A stretch of 64,000 nucleotides of DNA from Fibrobacteria bacterium (GTDB taxonomy: Bacteria; Fibrobacterota; Fibrobacteria; UBA5070): assembly GCA_035913415.1 (NCBI GenBank), contig JAMIIV010000247.1, forward strand, positions 16,551-80,550, written 5' to 3'. The notes under the pieces are model-generated. The model was not told where the DNA came from. It made no database searches and saw only the letters and a list, made by a program, of their open reading frames with translations. Made by a program: the position numbers and the translations under genes. Below, one piece after another: positions 1-9,426 of this stretch. The stretch's first letter is position 1, and each line of letters starts with the position of its first letter.

Positions 1-992
1 ACCTTGCGGAACCCTGCCGGAGACGTCGCCAACTGGAAGGAAATCTTCGGGTTCGCCCGCGCCGCCTCCACCAACTGGGGTTTGGCGCGGAATTCGTCGC
101 GTCGGTGCACGATCTTCACGCTGCGCGCGAACTGGGCCACAAGCTGGCTCTCCTCCAGCGCCGCATCCCCTCCCCCGATGACGATCACATCCTTGTCGCC
201 CATGTATTTGGCGTCGCAGGTGGCGCAGGTGGAGAGCCCTCGTCCCAGCAGATCCTTCTCTCCCGGCACCTCCAGAGCACGAGGCGTGGTCCCCATGGCC
301 AACACGATCTTCCGGGCGTGGATGGTCTCGAGGCGATCCACCACCGCCGTTCGGTGCCCCAGGTCAAGGTGCGTGATCTCCGAAGCCAATCTCCACTGAA
401 CTCCGGCATGCGCCGCCTGCTCGCGGAAATTTTCGGCCAGTTGCCAGCCCGGTACAGCTTTCGGGAAACCCGGATAGTTGGCCACCTGGTGGGTGGAACC
501 CATCGCCCCTCCGGCGAGAGCCTGGTCGAGCACGATGACCGAGGCCTTGGCCTGGGCCGCGTAGATGGCCGCCGCCAGTCCCGCCGGCCCCGCACCCACG
601 ACCAGCACATCACAATGGGTGACCGAGGGTGATTCGCCGGAACGGATCGTTTCCGCGCGTTCCGCCCCGACCATGTGGTCGAGTTGGGCTTGCAACCCCG
701 AGCGACGGATGCCCCCGGACAGGGTGGGACCGACCCGATGGCCGTTATCGAAAAACAGCACGGAAGGCGATCCTCGAACCCCCAAAGACTCGGCCAGCTC
801 GCGATTTTTCTGGCGGAAGATCTTCACGAACACAACGTCCCGACCATACAGCGACGCCAGCGAATCGAACTTGGGGGCCAGGGCCTCGCAGGGGGGGCAC
901 TCGTCGGAATAGAAGTCGACCACGGCCAGGGGAGCCTTCAGGACGGTGTCTTCGAAACGGTCGGCGTCGATTTCGTGGATGAATTCATTCAT
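1..992 (-). CDS. trxB: Thioredoxin-domain/thioredoxin reductase fusion (FAD/NAD(P)-dependent disulfide oxidoreductase), 3' end runs off the window
   Basis: Translated by hand because it is missing from the ORF track: MNEFIHEIDADRFEDTVLKAPLAVVDFYSDECPPCEALAP (Trx fold, CPPC), then DVLVVGAGPAGLAAA (FAD), STCATCDA (TrxR CxxC) and VIVIGGGDAALEE (NADPH). AGGAG RBS upstream of the ATG at 992. Confidence 0.88.
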   Translation of the reverse strand, partial: MNEFIHEIDADRFEDTVLKAPLAVVDFYSDECPPCEALAPKFDSLASLYGRDVVFVKIFRQKNRELAESLGVRGSPSVLFFDNGHRVGPTLSGGIRRSGLQAQLDHMVGAERAETIRSGESPSVTHCDVLVVGAGPAGLAAAIYAAQAKASVIVLDQALAGGAMGSTHQVANYPGFPKAVPGWQLAENFREQAAHAGVQWRLASEITHLDLGHRTAVVDRLETIHARKIVLAMGTTPRALEVPGEKDLLGRGLSTCATCDAKYMGDKDVIVIGGGDAALEESQLVAQFARSVKIVHRRDEFRAKPQLVEAARANPKISFQLATSPAGFRK

Positions 993-1203
993 GGGGATGC
1001 GCTCTCCTGGAGGCGGTGGTGGCCATAGCGGGTGATGGGGATGAACACCCATGTTCCCATTGGATGCGTCTTGCAGGCAAAGGTTTCATGTAACCTCGCG
1101 CCCCCTCCCGACGTCCCTTCTCCATCGCCAACGCTGCCGATGAGGTGCAAGCATCCCATCACCACCCTGCGGTCCATCCTGTCCGCACACAACGGAGCCT
1201 CTC

Positions 1204-1404
1204 GTGAACAACATTGGAACCACCGATCGTCTGGTGCGCCTGGTCGCGGGCCTGGTCATGTTGCTTCTGGGCTGGAGCGGTGCCGTCGACGGCCTGTTCG
1301 GCACCATCCTGAAATTCCTGGGGTTCGTCCCCTTGGCCACGGCGCTGATCGGATTCTGTCCGGCCTATCTGCCGATGGGCATGTCCACGAGGAAGAAGGC
1401 ATGA
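1204..1404 (+). CDS. DUF2892 (YgaP-like) small membrane protein
   Basis: NIGTTDRLVR...GFCPAY.P.G.ST pattern with two hydrophobic helices. Confidence 0.85.
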   Translation: MNNIGTTDRLVRLVAGLVMLLLGWSGAVDGLFGTILKFLGFVPLATALIGFCPAYLPMGMSTRKKA

Positions 1405-1889
1405 GTCTGGCCGAACGCCTGGCGGGAACGCACCGCCCGGTCGTGGTGCAGTTCCACGCCCCCTGGTGCGGCCCTTGCAAGGCACTTTCGCCCCGCGTGG
1501 ACGCCATGGAGAAGGAATTCGAAGGCAAGGTCGATGTGGTCCGCATCGACATCGACCAGGAACCCGATCTGGCCCGGGAAGCCGGTGTGCGCGGCGTCCC
1601 GACCCTGGCGGTCTATCGCGACGGCCAGGAGATCCGCAGACACGTCGGAGCCCTGGACCCAGCCGGGCTGCGCGTGTTGTTCACCTCGGGAGCCGACCCG
1701 TCGCAGGCCAGGGCCCCCGTTGGGCGTCCCGCCTGGCACCTAGCCGCCAAATTCGGCGGGGCGGTGGCGCTGATCCTAGCGGCCGGGGCCTTTCCCTCGG
1801 CCGACTGGCTGCGTTGGCCCGGGTACGGTCTTCTTTTCTGGGCCATGACGGAAATGTGCCCCGCCTGCCGCGCTCCCGGCTCGCGCTGA
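1401..1889 (+). CDS. Thioredoxin with C-terminal hydrophobic extension
   Basis: FHAPWCGPCK active site and GVPT cis-Pro motif; ATG at 1401 overlaps the upstream stop; C-terminal ~50 aa are hydrophobic and end in MCPAC. Confidence 0.85.
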   Translation: MSLAERLAGTHRPVVVQFHAPWCGPCKALSPRVDAMEKEFEGKVDVVRIDIDQEPDLAREAGVRGVPTLAVYRDGQEIRRHVGALDPAGLRVLFTSGADPSQARAPVGRPAWHLAAKFGGAVALILAAGAFPSADWLRWPGYGLLFWAMTEMCPACRAPGSR

Positions 1890-1945
1890 ACCTGTCCCCA
1901 CAGATCCACCATCCATTCCGGCATCACACCGGACCCAAGGAAGCC

Positions 1946-2314
1946 ATGTCCATCTTTTCGCAGTTGCTTTCCCTGTTCCTCCCCGATCCCACCGCGAAGG
2001 TGGAGGCCACCGAGGCCAAGCGCCTCCTGGGGTTGGCTGCGTCCGAACGCCCCAAGTTGGTGGACGTGCGCACCACAGGAGAGTGGAAACAAGGACGCAT
2101 CCAGGGCGCCACGCACATCGACATTTCGTCTTCGGAGTTCGATCGCAAGATCGGTGGCCTGCCCCGCGAGGGAAGTTACCTCTTGTACTGCCAGTCGGGC
2201 GCCCGCTCGGGAATGGCCCGATCGCGCATGAAGGCGATGGGTTTCTCCGACGTGCGGCACGTCGCGGGCGGCATGTCCGCTTGGCGCGCGGCGCGCTTGC
2301 CGGTCGCGAAGTAG
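1946..2314 (+). CDS. Rhodanese-like domain protein
   Basis: LVDVRTTGEWKQGRIQGA...LYCQSGARS...GGMSAW; AAGGA RBS before the ATG at 1946. Confidence 0.88.
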   Translation: MSIFSQLLSLFLPDPTAKVEATEAKRLLGLAASERPKLVDVRTTGEWKQGRIQGATHIDISSSEFDRKIGGLPREGSYLLYCQSGARSGMARSRMKAMGFSDVRHVAGGMSAWRAARLPVAK

Positions 2315-2350
2315 TCTTCGCAGGCACCTACTTTCTGCCGGGAGCAAACC

Positions 2351-2977
2351 TTGCACAACACCTCCACCGACCGTTTCGATGAACTGGCCCGTTCCTGGGA
2401 CGTGGCCCCCATGCACGTCGAGCGCACCGCGGCCATCGCCTCGGCGCTGCGCGGCGTCCTTCCCTCCACCGGTCTGCGCACGCTGGAGGTGGGAGCGGGC
2501 ACGGGCCTCCTGTCGTTCGCCTTGGCCGACCACCTGGGCCCGGTGCTGGCCACCGACCCCTCGGCCGGCATGGTCACCGCGCTGGAAGACAAGATCCGAC
2601 AGACCGGATCGGCCTCCCTGTCGGCCCTGCGCTGCGGCGACGACCTGGCTGGCGTGGACGGCCCTTTCGATCTGATCCTATCCCAGATGGCCCTGCACCA
2701 CATTCCCGACGTGCCGGGATTCCTCGTGCGGGCCGCGTCGCGACTGCCTGCAGGTGGCTGGTTGGCGATCGCCGACCTCGACCTCGAAGACGGTTCCTTC
2801 CATGGCCCCACCGTCACCGACGTGCATTTCGGATTCGACCGCCAGATCCTGTCCTCCCTCCTGGAACAGGCCGGATTCGGGCAGATCACGTTTTCCACCG
2901 TACACACCATGCGCAGGAACACCGAAGCGGGTCTGCGCTACTACCCCATCTTCCTGGTGACGGCACGACGGCGTTGA
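2351..2977 (+). CDS. Class I SAM-dependent methyltransferase
   Basis: LEVGAGTG motif I, FDLI..MALHHIPD, GSFHG...HFGF. Confidence 0.85.
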   Translation: MHNTSTDRFDELARSWDVAPMHVERTAAIASALRGVLPSTGLRTLEVGAGTGLLSFALADHLGPVLATDPSAGMVTALEDKIRQTGSASLSALRCGDDLAGVDGPFDLILSQMALHHIPDVPGFLVRAASRLPAGGWLAIADLDLEDGSFHGPTVTDVHFGFDRQILSSLLEQAGFGQITFSTVHTMRRNTEAGLRYYPIFLVTARRR

Positions 2978-4413
2978 CCATGGGTACCGCAAGCGCCGCG
3001 ACACGGAGACATGCTATACTTGCCTCCATGCTCCCCGCCCTGCTTGTCTCGCTGGTCGCCGCCACCGGCGCACAGAATCCGTCCGACTCCTCGATGGCAC
3101 CACAGCCGGATTCCACCCCGACCGCGCCGACGACGGTCGCGGCCGCACCTTTCCTGCCTCGGGCGCTTTGGACCGGCGGAGGCATCCTGGGCGCAAATCT
3201 GGGGGTAGCCGGCTGGAACCGGTTCGTCGAGGACGCCGAATACGCGCGCATCGACGGCGAGACCATCTGGAACAACCTCGCGCACGAATGGGTGTGGGAC
3301 GACGACAACTTCCAGGTCAACCAGATCGGCCATCCGTTGCAGGGAAGCCTCTACTATTCGCTGGCGCGCGCCAACGGTTTCGGGTACCTGTCGGGTCTGG
3401 CCTGGACCACGGCGGGCAGCATCCACTGGGAATACTTCATGGAGACCGAGCCCCCGGCCATGAACGACCTGGTGACCACGAGTATGGGAGGCGCGATGCT
3501 GGGCGAGATGACCTGGCGCCTGGCGGAATACGTCTCCGGGGAGTCGACCGGCAAGCCGGGAGGCTGGATCCGCCGGACTGCGGCGTTCGCGATCAATCCG
3601 GTGCACGGCGGCGACCGGCTCCTGAACGGCCGCCCTCCCGTGACCAAATCGCCTTCGCGCCTGATGGGTCTGCGCATCTCCACCGGCAAAAGCTTCGGAA
3701 AAGGCCTGACGCGCACATCCGGAGACCTCCCCGCCAGCGCCCCCGAAGCGCGCGTCCCCGTGGCCTCCACCACCCTGCGCCTCTCGCACGGCGATCCGTT
3801 CGCTTCGAAGAAGCCCTTCGACCACTTCACGTTGTCGCTGGGGCTCTCCGCGCTGTCCACCCCCGTTTCCAGCGTGGGTGTCCGGGCGCAGTTGTGGCGG
3901 CTTCCCGAGATGGAATCCGACATCTCGCGACACAGCTTCCACTTCTCGCAGAATTTCGACTACCTCGACGGCGACGTCTACCGACTGTCGGCCTCCAGCT
4001 TCGGCGCCGAATGGCTCGCCGAGTTCGACCTGGGTGCCGACTGGACCCTGCGAACCCGCGGTCAACCCATCTTCATCGCGTTGGGCGCGGCCAGCACCGA
4101 ATATTACGTGGATGTGGAGCGTGACTACAACTTCGGCATCGGACCGGGCTGGAAGACCGGGCTACATCTGGGGCGTCCCGGAACCGCATCGCTGGTGGCC
4201 TTCGCCGACCGGTACTGGATCCGCACCCAGTCGGGAGCGCAGGGCGCCGAGATCGTCGATCTGCAATCGGTCGAACTGGTGAAGGACCTGTGGAAGGGTT
4301 TCGGGGTGGGGCTTTCGTGGCACCGGTACGACCGCACCGGATCGTATCGGGATTTCCCCGATGTGCGAGTGGTGAACCAGGAGTTCCGCGCCCTTGCGAC
4401 CTGGACGCACTGA
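2974..4413 (+). CDS. DUF3943-domain exported/outer-membrane protein (start may be 3028)
   Basis: Signal-like N-terminus; WVWDDDNFQVNQIGHPLQGSLYYSLARANG...WEYFMETEPPAMNDLVTT typical of DUF3943. Confidence 0.75.
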   Translation: MTMGTASAATRRHAILASMLPALLVSLVAATGAQNPSDSSMAPQPDSTPTAPTTVAAAPFLPRALWTGGGILGANLGVAGWNRFVEDAEYARIDGETIWNNLAHEWVWDDDNFQVNQIGHPLQGSLYYSLARANGFGYLSGLAWTTAGSIHWEYFMETEPPAMNDLVTTSMGGAMLGEMTWRLAEYVSGESTGKPGGWIRRTAAFAINPVHGGDRLLNGRPPVTKSPSRLMGLRISTGKSFGKGLTRTSGDLPASAPEARVPVASTTLRLSHGDPFASKKPFDHFTLSLGLSALSTPVSSVGVRAQLWRLPEMESDISRHSFHFSQNFDYLDGDVYRLSASSFGAEWLAEFDLGADWTLRTRGQPIFIALGAASTEYYVDVERDYNFGIGPGWKTGLHLGRPGTASLVAFADRYWIRTQSGAQGAEIVDLQSVELVKDLWKGFGVGLSWHRYDRTGSYRDFPDVRVVNQEFRALATWTH

Positions 4414-5224
4414 TCTCGCCGCACTGATCCTTTTCCTGGTGCCCGCTCTGGCCGTCGCCTGGGAAGCCCGCACGGCGCCTCACCTGGAGGTTCGCGGACC
4501 ATCACGCACCGCCGTCCTGGATTCCCGGATCCGGGTGGTGTCGTGGAACGTCCACAAGCGGACGGATTCCGTCTTCCTCTCCGAACTCGCGCACCTGGTC
4601 GACTCCGTCGCGGCCGACATCGTCCTGCTCCAGGAATTCGCCGCGCGCGATCCTCGACACGTCGCCGCAGCCCTGGCCGGGCGCCCTTGGGCCCTCTCGT
4701 CCAATCTCCGCACAGGCTCTCCCCCCGTCGAGACCGGCGTCTCGACGGCGTCCCGATCGATCCACCGAGCGCAGGCCCTGCTGTCCGAGGGCGCCGAACC
4801 CGTGGTCGGGTCGCGCAAACCCGCCCTGGCCACCTGGCACCCCGCATCAGGAGATACCCTGCTGGCCATCAATCTGCACGCGCTGAATTTCTCCCTCCGG
4901 ATGGACAAATTCCGGCAACAATTGGAAGAGGTCCGACGATTGGCGGCGCACCACGAAGGACCGGTCGTGGTGGCCGGCGACTTCAACACCTGGAGGGAAG
5001 GTCGCCTGCGGACCACGGACTCCCTGCTGGGAGAAGCCGGGTTGGTGCGCCTGGATTTCGGAACCGCGGAAGCCGGCAAGCGCCGGGCCTTCGGCCACAC
5101 CCTGGACCACGTGTATTATTCGCCCCGATTCCTGCGACCCGACTTGGCCCGATGCGCGGTCCCCACCAGGTACCGAACCTCCGACCACTTCCCCTTGATC
5201 GCGACCTTCGACCGGATCCCCTGA
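4394..5224 (+). CDS. Endonuclease/exonuclease/phosphatase family protein (YafD-like)
   Basis: VSWNVHK, LLQE, INLHALNF, VVAGDFNTW, LDHVYY, SDHFP motifs. Confidence 0.85.
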   Translation: MRPGRTDLAALILFLVPALAVAWEARTAPHLEVRGPSRTAVLDSRIRVVSWNVHKRTDSVFLSELAHLVDSVAADIVLLQEFAARDPRHVAAALAGRPWALSSNLRTGSPPVETGVSTASRSIHRAQALLSEGAEPVVGSRKPALATWHPASGDTLLAINLHALNFSLRMDKFRQQLEEVRRLAAHHEGPVVVAGDFNTWREGRLRTTDSLLGEAGLVRLDFGTAEAGKRRAFGHTLDHVYYSPRFLRPDLARCAVPTRYRTSDHFPLIATFDRIP

Positions 5225-5325
5225 GCCGACACGCCGCGATGGCCCCGACCGTGCGCCTCGTGCCGTCAGTGATCAGACCAAGAGAAGCGCTTGGCGATGT
5301 CACTCCCCCAGCGGCGCGGCGCCCG

Positions 5326-5553
5326 TCAGGTTCGGGCCGCCAGGGACGCACGGAAGGCGTCGGGGTCGGCCTTCCACGATCGGACACAGACCCGGCAGAT
5401 ACACGCCTTCATGACCAGATGGGGCGGCACGAGCGCCCGCAGATCCTGCGGTACACTCTCGGTGTTGCACCAGCACGCGGGGTCACCGGCCTGACACCCG
5501 TTGGGTTGGCCGCAGAAGGGACAGGTCTTCGGATCTAGGGTCGGGACGGGCAT
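5326..5553 (-). CDS. Cysteine-rich CWC family small protein
   Basis: CPFCGQPNGC...CWC...ACIC.VC pattern. Confidence 0.8.
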   Translation of the reverse strand: MPVPTLDPKTCPFCGQPNGCQAGDPACWCNTESVPQDLRALVPPHLVMKACICRVCVRSWKADPDAFRASLAART

Positions 5554-5610
5554 TCCGCAATGCTGCCTTATCTGGCAGGCCGTGGCAACACCTCACGACC
5601 CATGGCACCT

Positions 5611-5660
5611 CCGGTGGTCGAGATTGGAGCCCCACCCGGCTGGACTCGAGAGGCCACCGG
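5611..5660. repeat. Degenerate REP-like hairpin
   Basis: ccggtggtcgag...ctcgagaggccaccgg; arms are related to the hairpins at 14555 and 43111. Confidence 0.4.
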
Positions 5661-5759
5661 GAAACAGGCCCCACCACCGGGACATTTCGACGGAGATCTC
5701 GACGGTATGGACCTGGCCTCTGGAGGCTGCCTGGTGCAACGGAGGAAAGGGGCAGATAT

Positions 5760-5785
5760 TATTGCATATTCATGCAATATTGCAT
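5760..5785 (+). promoter_or_regulatory. Putative ArsR operator (overlapping AT-rich palindromes)
   Basis: TATTGCAT-attc-ATGCAATA (5760-5779) overlaps the perfect palindrome ATGCAATATTGCAT (5772-5785), immediately upstream of arsR. Confidence 0.65.
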
Positions 5786-5796
5786 AGATTGGCAAC

Positions 5797-6120
5797 ATGC
5801 CCTGCAAAACGTGTGCCCCCCTTGCCGCACCCGATCTCGCCGACAAAACCTGGTTCACCCATCGTGCGCGCATCCTGGCGGCCCTTGCCAATCCAGCGCG
5901 CCTCAAGATGATCGTGAGCCTGTCCCAAAGCGAAAAGTGCGTCTGCGAAATGGCCCAGGAAGTGGGGCTGGACATGTCGACCACCTCGCGCCACTTGGCG
6001 CAACTACGGCAAGTCGGGCTGCTGGAAGACGATCGCCGCGGCAACATGGTGTTCTATCGCCTGAAAGCCACCTGCCTGCCGGACTTCCTGCAGTGTCTGG
6101 ACGGCCTCTCCGAAACATGA
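5797..6120 (+). CDS. arsR: ArsR/SmtB family transcriptional regulator
   Basis: ALANPARLKM...EKCVCEM...STTSRHLAQLRQVGLL...VFYRL. Confidence 0.92.
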   Translation: MPCKTCAPLAAPDLADKTWFTHRARILAALANPARLKMIVSLSQSEKCVCEMAQEVGLDMSTTSRHLAQLRQVGLLEDDRRGNMVFYRLKATCLPDFLQCLDGLSET

Positions 6121-6145
6121 CGCCTATCCACACCGGGAGTTCCAT

Positions 6146-6520
6146 ATGACCTGCTCATGCACCAGCAACACCCCTGTCACCGCGATCTATGCCTGCTCGG
6201 GGGCCGCCGATGTCGGCGAGCTGGCCGACCGTGTGGCACGCACTCTCTCGACAAATGGCGTAGGGAAGATGTCCTGCGCCGTGGGCGTGGGTGCCGGAGT
6301 GCAGTCCCTGCGCAACACCGCATTGTCCGCTGGTCGAGTCCTGGCCATCGACGGCTGCGGAGTCGGATGCGTGGCAATCGCCATGAAACAAGCGGGGGTA
6401 GCAGAATTCGTCCATGTGGAGCTTGGTCAGGCAGGATTTCCCAAAGGCAATTCGCCAGCCAACGAAACGAACATTGCCGCAGCCTTGGCGATCGTGCACG
6501 AACGATTGGCCGCGGCCTAA
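6146..6520 (+). CDS. Putative zinc-binding DGC-domain protein
   Basis: IYACSGAADVGELADRVAR...MSCA...LAIDGC..GC. Confidence 0.85.
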   Translation: MTCSCTSNTPVTAIYACSGAADVGELADRVARTLSTNGVGKMSCAVGVGAGVQSLRNTALSAGRVLAIDGCGVGCVAIAMKQAGVAEFVHVELGQAGFPKGNSPANETNIAAALAIVHERLAAA

Positions 6521-6584
6521 GACACTGCAGGCAACGCGGTTCGCCCCTCCCCCCACCCACTTTCTTTGCACAGGAGAACCCATC

Positions 6585-6815
6585 ATGATCCTCGAAGTCC
6601 TCGGCACCGGCTGCACCAAATGCAAATTGCTCCACGAAGCGGTCCTCAAAGCGGTCGCGGAAGCGGGCGTGCAAGCCGAAGTCCACAAGATCGAAGACAT
6701 CGCCGCCATCTTGGAGCGCGGTGTCATGAGCACCCCCGCCCTCGTGAAAGACGGCAAGGTGCTGGTGGCCGGCAAGGTTCCCTCTCCCAAGGAGATCATG
6801 CCATGGCTCGTCTGA
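6585..6815 (+). CDS. Small redox-active disulfide protein (MTH895/ArsE family thioredoxin)
   Basis: EVLGTGCTKC...GVMSTPALV.DGKV...GKVP; AGGAG RBS. Confidence 0.88.
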   Translation: MILEVLGTGCTKCKLLHEAVLKAVAEAGVQAEVHKIEDIAAILERGVMSTPALVKDGKVLVAGKVPSPKEIMPWLV

Positions 6816-7222
6816 TCCTCGCCCTGGCTGTCGCGTTCGCGACAGCCGTGTCAAGCGCAGCCCCACAGGGGCCCAAGGCCCCGCCCACCGTGCAAGCCAC
6901 CTATTTCCACTACCAGTACCGGTGCGCCTCTTGTGTCAAGCTCGAACGCTGGGCCGCACAGGCCATCCAACTCGGACTCAAGGATTCCATCCGGACCGGG
7001 CGCCTCAAGTGGGGAACCATGGACATGGAGTCCCCCCAAGGTTCGGCTCTGGCAGACAAGATTGGCCTCATGAACAAAAACGTGGCCCTCATGGAGGTGC
7101 GCGACGGCAAGATGGTCCGCTCCAAGGAACTTGTGCAGACATGGCAGCTCCTGCGCGATTCGGTGGCCTTTTCCCAATACGTGAAGTCCGAGACGATCGC
7201 GTTCCTGAAAGCTGCTCGATGA
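6803..7222 (+). CDS. arsF: ArsF-family thioredoxin-like exported protein (nitroaromatic arsenical reductase subunit-like)
   Basis: Signal peptide; TYFH..RC.SC.KLE motif; located between ArsE-like and ArsG-like genes. Confidence 0.65.
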   Translation: MARLILALAVAFATAVSSAAPQGPKAPPTVQATYFHYQYRCASCVKLERWAAQAIQLGLKDSIRTGRLKWGTMDMESPQGSALADKIGLMNKNVALMEVRDGKMVRSKELVQTWQLLRDSVAFSQYVKSETIAFLKAAR

Positions 7223-7986
7223 TCGAATCCGACCTGCCCGTGATCGCTGCACTGGGACTGGGCATCTTGACCTCGGTCTCGCCCTGTCCCATGGCCAGCC
7301 ACGCGGCGGCAGTGTCGGTTCTTGTCCGCGGCGCAGGCTCCTGGAAAAGTGGCCTGGTTGTGGGCACGAGCTACGCGCTCGGCCGCGCCGCCGCCTACGC
7401 CGCCCTTGCCTGGATCCTTTCCGCCGGCATTTTCAAGTTGGGGCCACTGGTGCGCAAGGTCCAGTTCCACGCCGAATCCGTGTTGGGTTGGGTCTTCCTG
7501 GTGGGAGGGATCCTGCTGGCCGTCTCGCCTTGGCTGCGCCTTCCCGGTAACGGCATGAACACGTTGCGATGGAAAGAACGCTTCGATCGGATTGGCCCCA
7601 TCCCTGGCGCCTTCTTGCTGGGCGCCCTCTTGGCCCTGGCCTTCTGCCCGGTATCCGCGGGAATCTTTTTCGGATCGGTGGTCCCGTTGGCGGTCGCGAC
7701 CTCTCCCTCGTGGTCGGTCACCATTCCCTACGGCGTGGCCACGGCGTTGCCGGTATTCGTGCTGGTTGTCGCCGCCGGGTACGGAACCCACATGGTGGCG
7801 CGAACCTTCCAGGCCACGCAGAAGATCACACCTTGGCTGCACCGCATCTCGGCGACTGGCATGATCCTGGCCGGAATCTGGTTGCTGGCGCGCTCCTACG
7901 GCATCGCACTCGTGCCAGGCCCGTCCGCAGACGCTGCCGCCGAAATGTCGTCGCTTGTTCTTTTCGCGTTGGGAGGCTCGGCATGA
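7219..7986 (+). CDS. arsG: ArsG-family (DsbD_2/CcdA-like) aromatic arsenical efflux permease
   Basis: LGILTSVSPCPMA and LAFCP.SAGIFFG motifs; multiple TM segments. Confidence 0.75.
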   Translation: MIESDLPVIAALGLGILTSVSPCPMASHAAAVSVLVRGAGSWKSGLVVGTSYALGRAAAYAALAWILSAGIFKLGPLVRKVQFHAESVLGWVFLVGGILLAVSPWLRLPGNGMNTLRWKERFDRIGPIPGAFLLGALLALAFCPVSAGIFFGSVVPLAVATSPSWSVTIPYGVATALPVFVLVVAAGYGTHMVARTFQATQKITPWLHRISATGMILAGIWLLARSYGIALVPGPSADAAAEMSSLVLFALGGSA

Positions 7987-8999
7987 ACAGGCGCACAGCC
8001 AACATGCTCCTGGTGATCGGCCTGGGAGTCTGGTGGTTTGTCTACACGTCGCTCGCGCAGATATCGGCGTTCACCGTGAGAAGCATCGGCCTGGACGCCG
8101 GCACGCATCTTGCCGCATCGGTGGAATTCCTGGTGTTCGAGGTCCCCAAGGTCCTGCTCCTGCTGGTCGTGATCGTCTTCGCGGTGGGTGTGCTCCGGTC
8201 CTTCTTCAGCCCCGAGAAGACTCGACGGATTCTGTCCAAATTTCCCGAAGGCGTCGGGAACGTGATGGCCGCGCTGCTGGGAATCGCCACGCCGTTCTGT
8301 TCCTGTTCGGCCGTCCCCCTGTTCATCGGATTCCTCACCGCGGGCGTCCCCCTGGGCGTCACCTTCTCGTTTCTGATCTCGGCACCCATGGTGAACGAAG
8401 TGGCCCTGGCCTTGCTGTTCGGACTCTTCGGATGGAAGGTCGCCGGGCTGTATCTCGCCACCGGATTGGCCGTTGCGATCGTGGGCGGATGGGTCATCGG
8501 GAAACTTCGCATGGAATCCCATGTGGAAGACTGGGTCATGAAGATCCGCGCCACCGAAGCCCCCGATCTCGAGACCCTCTCCTGGACGGATCGACTCTCG
8601 GCAGGACTGGCAGCCGTCAAGGACATTGTGGGCAAGGTCTGGCCTTGGGTGGTCGCGGGCGTCGGAGTCGGTGCATTCATCCATGGATACGTCCCCACCG
8701 GATTCCTCTCGTCCTTCATGGGCAAGGACGCATGGTGGAGCGTGCCGCTTGCGGTGCTGCTGGGGATTCCCATGTACGCCAACGCGGCCGGAATCATCCC
8801 GATCGTGTCGGCCTTGCTGGAAAAGGGCGCAGCCCTGGGCACTTCGCTGGCCTTCATGATGGCCGTGATCGCCCTCTCCGCACCCGAGGCTGTGTTGCTG
8901 CGCAAGGTGCTGAAAGTCCGCCTTCTGGCGACCTTCTTCGGAATCGTGGCGGTGGGAATCCTTGTCGTGGGATGGCTTTTCAACCTGCTGCTCGGCTGA
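7983..8999 (+). CDS. arsP: ArsP (DUF318) organoarsenical permease
   Basis: LGIATPFCSCSAVPLFIG, FSFLISAPMVNE, GIPMYANAAG, ALSAPE. Confidence 0.88.
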   Translation: MNRRTANMLLVIGLGVWWFVYTSLAQISAFTVRSIGLDAGTHLAASVEFLVFEVPKVLLLLVVIVFAVGVLRSFFSPEKTRRILSKFPEGVGNVMAALLGIATPFCSCSAVPLFIGFLTAGVPLGVTFSFLISAPMVNEVALALLFGLFGWKVAGLYLATGLAVAIVGGWVIGKLRMESHVEDWVMKIRATEAPDLETLSWTDRLSAGLAAVKDIVGKVWPWVVAGVGVGAFIHGYVPTGFLSSFMGKDAWWSVPLAVLLGIPMYANAAGIIPIVSALLEKGAALGTSLAFMMAVIALSAPEAVLLRKVLKVRLLATFFGIVAVGILVVGWLFNLLLG

Positions 9000-9066
9000 G
9001 ACTCGCCCACCGCGCAACCTTCGTGAAACAGGTCCGCACTAGACTTTCAGTAAGCGACACCCTATA

Positions 9067-9084
9067 TTTCGATATATGGCGAAA
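9067..9084 (+). promoter_or_regulatory. Putative ArsR operator
   Basis: TTTCG-N8-CGAAA in an AT-rich patch overlapping the start of the second arsR. Confidence 0.5.
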
Positions 9085-9426
9085 CATGAAAATGAAGTAT
9101 CCGTCGAGACCCTCGCCGAGGTGGCCTCCGCCCTGGGAGAACCCAAGCGACTGATGGCCCTGGCCATGCTCGCCCGGGGCGAACTGTGCCTGTGCGATCT
9201 CACCGATGGGCTGGGCGTGGCGCCCTCCACGGTATCCAACCACATGGCCATCCTCAAGCGGGCCGGACTGGTGGAGGCGCGCAAGGACGGGCGCTGGATG
9301 CACTTCCGACTCGCCGATACCGATCCCTCCCCGGCGGTGGCCGAGGCCCTGCGCTGGGCCCTGGCCCATCTGCCGAATTCCGTCATTCCCTCCACCCACT
9401 GCACCACCGGAGACTGCTGCCCATGA
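9076..9426 (+). CDS. arsR: ArsR family transcriptional regulator
   Basis: ALGEPKRL...ELCLCDL...STVSNHMAILKRAGLV..RKDGRWMHFRL; C-terminal CC. Confidence 0.92.
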   Translation: MAKHENEVSVETLAEVASALGEPKRLMALAMLARGELCLCDLTDGLGVAPSTVSNHMAILKRAGLVEARKDGRWMHFRLADTDPSPAVAEALRWALAHLPNSVIPSTHCTTGDCCP

